A stretch of 64,000 bases of DNA, taken from the IMG/VR virus record IMGVR_UViG_3300028591_000094, positions 64,001 to 128,000 of that record. One strand, written 5' to 3'. Positions 58,801-64,000 of the stretch are shown piece by piece. The position numbers and the translations under genes are program-made. Within the stretch, counting starts at the first letter, position 1. The number at the start of each line of letters is the position of its first letter. This DNA is from a virus (taxonomy: Duplodnaviria > Caudoviricetes). The notes under the pieces are model-generated. The model was given only the letters and a program-made list of their open reading frames with translations. It was not told the origin of the DNA and did no database searches.

Positions 58801-59642
58801 ATCTTTCCTTGACCTTTGGCAGCAACACAGCGTTTGCTCAACGAGTTCTCACCAGTGTCGGTGATTACACTACCCATAAAGATACAGGTAGGTTCGAACT
58901 TATAGTCAAGATTAAAATCACAGCGGGTGATTGCTGCGTTGGTTGATGTATTAGTTGTATCGCCCCAGAAAGGATAGACATACACACTGTTGTCCTTGGA
59001 CATAATCTGTACAAGGGATGTCAGGTTAGTGTCTTTCTTGAACTTGGTCGGGCTGTCGAACAGGTTTGCGCTGTAGCCCTTATACATCATATCCCTAGGG
59101 GTTTGTGACAAGATACCGATATCGGATAGGTCGACATCCATGTGGATTTGCTGCATACCAACTGGAACACCATATATCATATAGTCGCCAGCATTGTTGG
59201 TTTTGGTTGTATATTTATAGTATTTGTCAAATATCTCAACCCAATCCTGGTTGTCCAGGACAATTCTCTTTGTAGGAAACGTACCTACGTTCTGATGACA
59301 CGCATCGTCGGATTCACTGGGAAGCAGATTGTATTTGATTGTAGCCCCGTATGTATCCTGTGGGGTTGTAAACTGATACAGAAGCCGATGTCTCATATCC
59401 TCGGTACCGTCGTATGGAACGAATACTGAAACCTTGGCGTTAGGTACACCGAAGCCGCCATTGGCTAAAACACGTCCAGCGACAACACCAGTGTTGGATG
59501 CCATAAGACGATAGGCGTTTGTCTGGTCTAAGGTCAGAGACAATATCTCGAATTTTTCAAATGTCTGGTCGAAATTTACATGGACAACCGCGTCCTGGTT
59601 GACTGTGGTTCTAATTCTGTATGATTTATTGTTTTTTCCCAT
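52827..59642 (-). CDS. 2271-aa tail/baseplate-associated protein with an internal hydrophobic segment
   Basis: N-terminal GVVAGRV..NAKVSVF..TNNAGDYMIYGVPVG (prealbumin-like fold); uninterrupted frame; structural context. Confidence 0.6.
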   Translation of the reverse strand: MGKNNKSYRIRTTVNQDAVVHVNFDQTFEKFEILSLTLDQTNAYRLMASNTGVVAGRVLANGGFGVPNAKVSVFVPYDGTEDMRHRLLYQFTTPQDTYGATIKYNLLPSESDDACHQNVGTFPTKRIVLDNQDWVEIFDKYYKYTTKTNNAGDYMIYGVPVGMQQIHMDVDLSDIGILSQTPRDMMYKGYSANLFDSPTKFKKDTNLTSLVQIMSKDNSVYVYPFWGDTTNTSTNAAITRCDFNLDYKFEPTCIFMGSVITDTGENSLSKRCVAAKGQGKMSELVTGEGRIEMIRKTYDGKVEQYSVQGDKVINENGVWCYQIPMNLDYIITDEFGNMVLSDNPDKGIPTRTRVRFRVNMADSPGDMIARKRARYLIPNNPHLCSGTDDSYPDFTSTKLIDYEFGSRTKNENFRDLMWNNVYTVKNYIPRLQKSRLPNNLRHLGIKMVNHSGDNNPMPFNNLRIKFNFTYMFLCTLMKIIVMLTSFVNRIIGGISLGFYKAGVKCVELSLTSNLEVVRKIFAKRRKYINGDWKWKSEKRMESEVDGATPEDEPSELAAEISIEYYLGSLCKNEVKAWDFNTAKGDYKYQIGGLGAIFFVIVYSIHCGIKLSNICENDEGDVYSIAPGLPEELITVWHDVAMATEYKCGECSNATIAQVYNCIENQLAQENEVTSFNFYNDWVNGVLYFPLWYRRIKPERKILGVKWKAKDQYCANDNTLMPKGKYKKKLKLYNTMVPRRTFISNSGDNMGSIEALEDDSGTILGSSQDPNTGIETLTFKEQTEKNCYGYRCHKYSRTYQHVRTGIIYEKETMLGDRVQYYKPVYYDMNGNKDTITLYATDIVLLGSLNSCDIYGIPQFFKALSSTTYNMPPDLLVEDYDNNESDEGGVNDGSSENEKDTEKKINQVSEFTGADWGDLGCDQGAQGDNYNTTQYDAGGLFYGLTCFKHYTKPKSCINLSRICELGVSLDESQDIIDMDAINSATEPLTEDKIDDNYTKRLTPDGFVSYDEIYDMDYRSMFATLNGNFLKTKYNPNTGRIEYDFNHLYVDNFDGSLFKIMSSSAVRDGKMGHPETGVCNEHNGGHPNYRDNYNLEKSSDAYLNFRYGNYEKQVNFADTHNKKIYFYEHDHKVGGWSGVTAGLRQPRYENSFYFYFGLKEGSTALDKFNTEYFSDCVTESNIVPAYDITFNGNSWCQELIEIRDGYIAFNVYMDTPISITLINRDHPDIVYYINNVTKEKFYIGSTENAPNGYSHYPWYDVQNISHLNECIPNSTYDIVITDGNGNEYTDDITFEAPRVNFIADPHAFTCKNGELENRFAVLDSSNQIDWTQTFAAIANQGGIDTQIQEVVRDIGGYIIVRNIDADVSNFKIELRPVNSTFFGDTYNGCDVIVTNSIPISSGSGYLGYNETRREYYFGVPYGTQQYEITITQRCETETDIYEDSGNSTKIVVLVSEMLFNMYINGIDYDNIRNFRSGWNENGVSYISLENMTYGGNLYGWDDVDNIGHYYYNNSAHPIDTLEISTDLEIIKNTAIALGDDYDGNGASYIWSGVDCSTPYTWTADYCINSDWWGEITNAWGDGAYPQISCIHTVDQTQDTVYLMRRIIIELDSYVRTDYETIDTHEVIVTEDINGSLNYLDNAYSDFQGLTTKEILDVIAELNRVVEMRKEFSKQLQGALRIGKENTQLRVTYRSNEPPVKYLVIGRVDVPNSNPTQDPTLGVKFILDAGLEENETVFYLPTLMKTLVNDVWVYTPYMDNNNNYKYPYYVAIKDNNNIALPSASISEGINNFDNEQSGYPDQVRIDKLFGVHFLNKPLYLSFVRVWHPLNDIPLYMDGGNTTLTDPQYINMNGFAAGYCCNSLSHHPNIVKNNFSVAVTEQSTIEDSEIRQLIYCGNGTNDAIYGEYVYNSNYTPTYQYTQIENGSNSFTSNDGYGNSYTQYLDSNAITFEGTKFLHSHKYYIDDPDELHLSLTNPDNIRGNIAVYSYVKAGDESVDEYTLLYPLDELQSIAGQYRYTTLPQIYEPNTRLDVCDLYSTETSWSNRVDYKTEQQFPCNLDIRNYPPTGKFFAVVEYENENGNNRLISPIFETVGLRSIANIDYNNFGTSFTPYKQDIYITPRIKTYKSPDATDQDHFKMVGDNDIADIHELKNLVNYPFTFEIRDGESVLYSQNINILEPDTNVVSIENKWYTDWNGSSGTDRTGYTVSWNIVSIKVTVPPTTPIDLVAGQRVWITDITGIQYCCAFTQDGTISTEDELINNSHWSFTEETVNYVN

Positions 59643-59874
59643 TAATCCTCTTTAAAATTTTGCTTATATTGATACCGTGTCCAGTTACGAGACAATACAC
59701 GGCGTAGCACACCAGAAAAGGTATACATATAATAAGTAGAGCTGTCAATAAAATTACAATGAAAAACTTTGAGATAAAGTTAGCCGCCAACTGCACTCCG
59801 CGCCGCTCCTCGGTAGCCTCTCCGTCGGCGTATTTCTCGGCTTTCTTAGCCTGTTCTTTACATTTGCATCCCAT
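59626..59874 (-). CDS. Small membrane protein with N-terminal CxC
   Basis: MGCKCKEQ plus a long TM segment. Confidence 0.7.
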   Translation of the reverse strand: MGCKCKEQAKKAEKYADGEATEERRGVQLAANFISKFFIVILLTALLIICIPFLVCYAVYCLVTGHGINISKILKRINGKKQ

Positions 59875-59923
59875 TTTTGTATAGTATTTTTATTATAATA
59901 TATACATATTTAGGAAAATAAAC

Positions 59924-59951
59924 AAAGGGAGACGACTTTAACCATCTCCCT
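59924..59951 (-). terminator. Probable terminator
   Basis: AGGGAGA / TCTCCCT stem. Confidence 0.5.
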
Positions 59952-59979
59952 CGATATTTGTAAGACTATGTTCGGAACA

Positions 59980-60777
59980 TTATTCCTGTGTCTGGTTCCA
60001 GTTTACTTGACCGCCTGTGCTTGTACTGGCGTTCTGCGACCAGCCTTGGTTGGGCTGAGCCTGTTTATTCTGAGGGGTCTGCTGGTGTGCCTGCTGTTGC
60101 TGAGTTTGTTGCTGGGGCTGTTGGTTTTGCTGACCCTGTTGACCACCCTGTTGGTTCTGTCCACCCATGAGACCTCCAATAATATTTTTACCTGTCTGGA
60201 GAATGTTTCCAAAGGGGTTACCGCCTTGCTGACCGTTACCGCCTTGCTGACCGTTACCGCCAAGCAATCCACCGAGGACGTTGCCAATTCCACCACCGTT
60301 GGAACCGCCGCCCAAGCTACCGATGCCAAGCAGTTGACCAATCATTGACGGGTTAAGGTTTCCGAGTATGCCACCGAGCATGCCTTCATCGATACTTTCG
60401 TTCATAGCACCGTTCATACCGCCGCCCTGTGCAGCCTGTTTCTTTAGTTTAATACTGTTCTGAATTTCGTTACCAAGTGCCATTGCAAACAGTTTCGACG
60501 TAAGAACTCTGTACAAAACACCGTTCTTGTCGAGTTTGAGCAGATTAGCAATCAAATCGACAGCCTTTTTAATCAGTCCGCTGCCAAGTAAACCACCAAT
60601 CATACCGAGACCGCCTTCGTCAACCTCTTCGTTGAGACCGTTGCAGGCAGCGCCGCATTCATTGGTTCCACACTCGTTGGTGCCGCATTCAGCCATTGAT
60701 TCGTTCATAATACGTATGACCGATTCGCTGATTAAGCTATGTAATTCCTTTTCAGTTAGTTTAACAACTTTTTTCAT
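59980..60777 (-). CDS. Gly/Gln-rich protein with MKKVVKLTEKEL leader
   Basis: Multiple xxE sites, glycine-zipper segments, Q-rich tail; TATTTAT at 60802-60808. Confidence 0.75.
   Translation of the reverse strand: MKKVVKLTEKELHSLISESVIRIMNESMAECGTNECGTNECGAACNGLNEEVDEGGLGMIGGLLGSGLIKKAVDLIANLLKLDKNGVLYRVLTSKLFAMALGNEIQNSIKLKKQAAQGGGMNGAMNESIDEGMLGGILGNLNPSMIGQLLGIGSLGGGSNGGGIGNVLGGLLGGNGQQGGNGQQGGNPFGNILQTGKNIIGGLMGGQNQQGGQQGQQNQQPQQQTQQQQAHQQTPQNKQAQPNQGWSQNASTSTGGQVNWNQTQE
60217..60261. repeat. 18-bp tandem repeat x2.5 (GGNGQQ)
   Basis: GTTACCGCCTTGCTGACC repeated. Confidence 0.85.
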
Positions 60778-60832
60778 TCTTTATGCAATTGTTTTATTAT
60801 TATAAATATAAATATCATTTTGTTTGAAATTG

Positions 60833-62872
60833 TTATCTCTGTTTTACTCTTACACGAATGTCCTTCTCGGGATACTTGATTTCAAACATGGTGTCGATTG
60901 TTCCATACAGGGTCTTGTCACTGTCAAACAAGTCAATCTCGTTTTCATCAGTCTGTCCGCCAAGTGCATTGTAGTGCATCATGTCAGCACATGATTCATA
61001 ATCCACAAGCGACTGGTTAATTTCATCATCGGAATATCCGTCATCGGCACCGACTTTATTATAACAACGCAAGGCAATCATATTTACAACTCCGTCGAGT
61101 TTGGAAATCTCTTTCTCCAAGTCACCAAGGAAAATATCCTCACCCATCAAATGTTTTCTGATGTCCATATAGTCCTGGATAAGCTGTATGATGCGCTGAA
61201 TCACCTCGCTTTTGTCATAAGCTTTGTCGATATAGACGTTGCAGTCGAATGCCAGGTTGATTATCTTTCCAGAACGTATCTCAACAAAGTCGTTAACACA
61301 CTTGTATTCTTTCAGGTATTCCTTCATGTTATCAGCTACCGTTTCGGACAGCGGTGATGAAAGTTTACCCTGATAATCCAGACCTAGAGTGTAGATTACA
61401 ACCTTGTTGTTCTCTTCCACAACACTATATCTAAACGGAGTTCCATATTTCGGATGGATTTGGGACAGCTTACTGTAGTAATCCTTTAAAGTAACGCATC
61501 TGTTTTGCGCAGCTGAATTGTATTTAATTAAATACTTGATTTCCTCATCGGTCGGAGCATCTTTACCTCCATATGACGCTGTTGGGTTGGTGACTGTCAA
61601 GGTGTTCTTCACACTGGCTTTTTTCTTGGCGTCGTTAGGGTCGTTGCAATTACCCTCTATACTCATATTAAGATATGATATGGTTGACAGTGTGTCGGCA
61701 CCGATATTGGAGATTTCACCACCGCCAACGTGATAAAGAACAAACACTGTAGTTCCAGCCTCGGGCAAAACACCCATATAGTCGTTGGCTTCCATACGGC
61801 TCATCATGTATCTGGTAAACTCAGTAGCATCACCAGGTATTTCACCATAATAATTACGAAGTCCAGCGCCGAATATAATCTTAAGTTTTCCTGTGTCGGT
61901 AAATTCTGTTATAAATTTGTTTTTCAAACGTTTCCATTCACCTTGCATTGCGAACCTGATATCTTCGGTCTGTGGGTCACCGTTGTCGTCGATATATTCA
62001 AACGAGTCAATTGCCGTCCATACTGGGTTGTAATAACCGTTGTCTGTATTTTCGTCAACAACATATCCGAAACGATACTGGTCAACGAGGTTGACAACCT
62101 CAAAGTATCTCTGAACGGGCTTACCAGCCTGGTCTTTATACGACTCCAAATCAACATAGAACTCAGCGATTGTCGGGTCGTTGGAGAGACTGGTACCCTG
62201 TTTAACCAATATACTTTCAACGTTACAGATGTCCGAGTCGGTTAAAGTTATCGACATGAACGGTTCAATATCGGCGTTGCTGATAGTTTTACGATATATC
62301 TTGTTATGACCCGCCCGTGCAATACCAAGCTTTTTGTATGTGTAGTTGATAATATTGCCGTTACTGTCCCTGTTGGGAATAATCTGTCGATTTGATATTC
62401 CGTTTTCATCAAACTGGGTGGCAAAATCCATGTCAGCTGTAAGTTCGAAAGTATTTGCTCCATCAGAAAACAAAGTACCGCGTTTCACTTTAGGGCAATA
62501 ACTTTCATCAGGTATTGAAATGGTATTTCCCATGTTGTTTACAGCACTGGTATTCATAGGGATATTGCACGATAATTCAACCTCTACTATAGCACACTTC
62601 GCACCGTCGATTTTTAACCCGTTGGTTCTTGCTATATTCAACAGCGCACCACGGGAAGTACAACTGTCGATGTCGGTTTCCTGATAGTTTCTGTCAATCG
62701 CATTGCTCAGAACATCCGCAACGTCAGCCTGTATGTCAATCAGCCATTGACCGATGCCAGCGTCGTTGTAATTCTGGAATATGTCAGGATAATATTTCTG
62801 ACTTATATCAATCAAGTCGCTTCGAAAATCATCGTAAGTCCTGTCGAGGTATATTAACTTGTTGTCTGCCAT
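60833..62872 (-). CDS. Baseplate wedge subunit (T4 gp6/baseplate J-like)
   Basis: Y..RTYDD.R.DL; IIFG.G; GG.D....EEIK...AQNRCVTLKDY. Confidence 0.85.
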   Translation of the reverse strand: MADNKLIYLDRTYDDFRSDLIDISQKYYPDIFQNYNDAGIGQWLIDIQADVADVLSNAIDRNYQETDIDSCTSRGALLNIARTNGLKIDGAKCAIVEVELSCNIPMNTSAVNNMGNTISIPDESYCPKVKRGTLFSDGANTFELTADMDFATQFDENGISNRQIIPNRDSNGNIINYTYKKLGIARAGHNKIYRKTISNADIEPFMSITLTDSDICNVESILVKQGTSLSNDPTIAEFYVDLESYKDQAGKPVQRYFEVVNLVDQYRFGYVVDENTDNGYYNPVWTAIDSFEYIDDNGDPQTEDIRFAMQGEWKRLKNKFITEFTDTGKLKIIFGAGLRNYYGEIPGDATEFTRYMMSRMEANDYMGVLPEAGTTVFVLYHVGGGEISNIGADTLSTISYLNMSIEGNCNDPNDAKKKASVKNTLTVTNPTASYGGKDAPTDEEIKYLIKYNSAAQNRCVTLKDYYSKLSQIHPKYGTPFRYSVVEENNKVVIYTLGLDYQGKLSSPLSETVADNMKEYLKEYKCVNDFVEIRSGKIINLAFDCNVYIDKAYDKSEVIQRIIQLIQDYMDIRKHLMGEDIFLGDLEKEISKLDGVVNMIALRCYNKVGADDGYSDDEINQSLVDYESCADMMHYNALGGQTDENEIDLFDSDKTLYGTIDTMFEIKYPEKDIRVRVKQR

Positions 62873-62878
62873 TTAAGT

Positions 62879-63265
62879 TTATATTGTTTGTGATAATTCA
62901 TAATTATGTCTCTCACCATCCTTCTCCAATAATGAATATTGTAGCTTTACATTCAATCCCCTGTTGTCGTCAAACTCCTCAACCTCAACATTGTCAACCT
63001 CACAGTTGGAAACGTATTTCCTCACCTTCTCCTTTACCTCCAACACAACATCATCCCAAGTCTGCTGGTCGTTCGGTTCAAAAAGATATTGGATTAGCTT
63101 GGTTCCAAACAACGGGTCTCTCAACTTCTGCCCCTCTGGAGTGAAAATGAGATGAACCAGCTGGGATTTAACCTCGTCAGCTCGGGTCATATTCATATCC
63201 AGGAGATATTTACCGCTTTTTATCTGACACGGGAACGCTATGCCGAATTTCTGTGTTCTAGCCAT
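62879..63265 (-). CDS. Baseplate/sheath-initiator gp25-like protein
   Basis: GIAFP..VKSQL.HLIFTPEGQKLRDPLFGTKL..YLFEP. Confidence 0.9.
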   Translation of the reverse strand: MARTQKFGIAFPCQIKSGKYLLDMNMTRADEVKSQLVHLIFTPEGQKLRDPLFGTKLIQYLFEPNDQQTWDDVVLEVKEKVRKYVSNCEVDNVEVEEFDDNRGLNVKLQYSLLEKDGERHNYELSQTI

Positions 63266-63284
63266 TGTTTAATTGTTTATGTGT

Positions 63285-63671
63285 TTAATCTGCAACACAG
63301 TTATCAACCAGGTTGTTCCAACTCTGCATAACACCCTTTACATAATGGTTGAAATTAGCGTTGTTACATTGGTTTGCCGCCTGTAACAGAGCTGTCTTAA
63401 ATTGTTGTGCCGCTTGTTCCATATTACAGTTCGCCATTGCCTCGGATACGTTTACACGTTCCTCTTGTGATAGTCCGTTACCAGTGTTAGGTGTGTTGGC
63501 AGTATTTTCGCTATTGCTGTTATTACTATTGCTGGTTGGCTGTACATTGCTCGGAGCGACCGCTGTCGAATGAAGCAGTTTCAGGAATCCCTCGTTGAGT
63601 TTCTGTTCCTCTAAAGCCTTCGTAATAATGCGGCGTATATCCTGTTCGGTTAAATGTATAACTTTTTTCAT
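63285..63671 (-). CDS. Small protein with MKKVIHLTEQDI leader
   Basis: Leader followed by LNEG; TATTTAT at 63691-63697. Confidence 0.75.
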   Translation of the reverse strand: MKKVIHLTEQDIRRIITKALEEQKLNEGFLKLLHSTAVAPSNVQPTSNSNNSNSENTANTPNTGNGLSQEERVNVSEAMANCNMEQAAQQFKTALLQAANQCNNANFNHYVKGVMQSWNNLVDNCVAD

Positions 63672-63712
63672 CTCTTTTATTATATAATTTATAAATAAAT
63701 AGAGATAAAAAC

Positions 63713-63747
63713 AAAAAAGACTCTGTATGATAACAGAGCCTTTTTTT
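63713..63747. terminator. Intrinsic terminator
   Basis: AAAAAAGACTCTGT / ACAGAGCCTTTTTT. Confidence 0.75.
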
Positions 63748-63767
63748 CTTTGTATGTGGTTTTACCG

Positions 63768-63998
63768 TTAACTGCAACGCGACCAGCCACAACTAGGGCA
63801 GTGGACACAACCTCCTTCGTTAACCAGTTTACTGCCACATTCTGGACACGCCTCATCGGTTTCGGTTGGCGCGATATATTTGGATAACACTCTGGAAATA
63901 GCTCTATTGAAGGAATTGATTCCGTCGTTGCACTTATCTTCCAGCTTGATGATATCTTCCAAACGCATACCAGTACGCAGGTTGCCGCTGACATGGAG
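63768..63998 (-). CDS. nrdJ: 3' end of a class II (B12-dependent) ribonucleotide reductase or TSCPD-domain protein; partial
   Basis: Frame is open from the window edge: LHVSGNLRTGM...AISRVLSKY..CPECG..L..EGGC..C..CGWSRC. Confidence 0.7.
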   Translation of the reverse strand, partial: LHVSGNLRTGMRLEDIIKLEDKCNDGINSFNRAISRVLSKYIAPTETDEACPECGSKLVNEGGCVHCPSCGWSRCS

Positions 63999-64000
63999 GG

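Noticed and set aside
762-63144. Many plus-strand ORFs in the track (e.g. 5519-6202, 8843-9451, 17745-18284, 27733-28272)
   Set aside because: They are antisense shadows of well-supported minus-strand genes, with no motifs or promoters.
2852-63697. T4 late promoter TATAAATA
   Set aside because: Where it occurs it lies on the non-coding strand of the adjacent gene. The coding-strand motif is TATTTAT and it flips with gene orientation.
63689-63994. 101-aa ORF MSAATCVL...
   Set aside because: It is an alternative frame overlapping the Zn-ribbon-bearing RNR C-terminus and runs through a terminator.
1-64000. TAG-to-Gln recoding as in Lak and some crAss-like phages
   Set aside because: Very long late genes (up to 2271 aa) have no in-frame TAG, and several genes end cleanly at TAG before terminators or next starts.
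1-64000. tRNA genes, CRISPR arrays, DGR, introns or inteins
   Set aside because: I saw no cloverleaf, repeat-spacer array, reverse transcriptase or splicing motif by eye, and the GTTCGA hits I noticed fall inside CDSs. tRNAscan and CRISPR tools were not run.

Overview
This is a 64-kb segment of a large (jumbo) myovirus-type bacteriophage in standard genetic code, almost all on the minus strand. The host is most likely Bacteroidota, inferred from BACON-like virion domains and a Bacteroidota-type TAnnTTTG promoter inside the resident IS. The left half is accessory and host-takeover genes: two ADP-ribosyltransferase-like proteins, three metallophosphoesterases, an RNA ligase, HAD, a sigma-70 factor, GNAT, translation initiation factor IF-3, a macrodomain, Nudix, DnaJ and DnaK. 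The middle holds an apparently intact IS605-type element (TnpA + TnpB), a cluster of probable head-internal proteins, a second sigma factor, SbcC/SbcD, primase and a RuvC-like resolvase. The right half is a baseplate/tail block (gp6-like, gp25-like, a 2271-aa protein) followed by the 3' end of a class II ribonucleotide reductase. Four patterns go beyond the gene calls. (1) Two recurring promoter motifs, CGTATATTA[AG]TA and TATTTAT, split the genes into two classes and often sit only 2-8 nt before the start codon, in a phage that carries its own IF-3. (2) A family of TATTTAT-class proteins has MKK-x-x-x-LT[ED] leaders and [ILVM]-x-E sites flanking enzyme modules (ART, Nudix), suggesting protease-processed virion cargo. 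(3) There is a candidate stand-alone structured ncRNA at about 8.05-8.23 kb. (4) A sigma-54-like promoter lies upstream of dnaK. All protein assignments come from motif recognition by eye; no searches were run.
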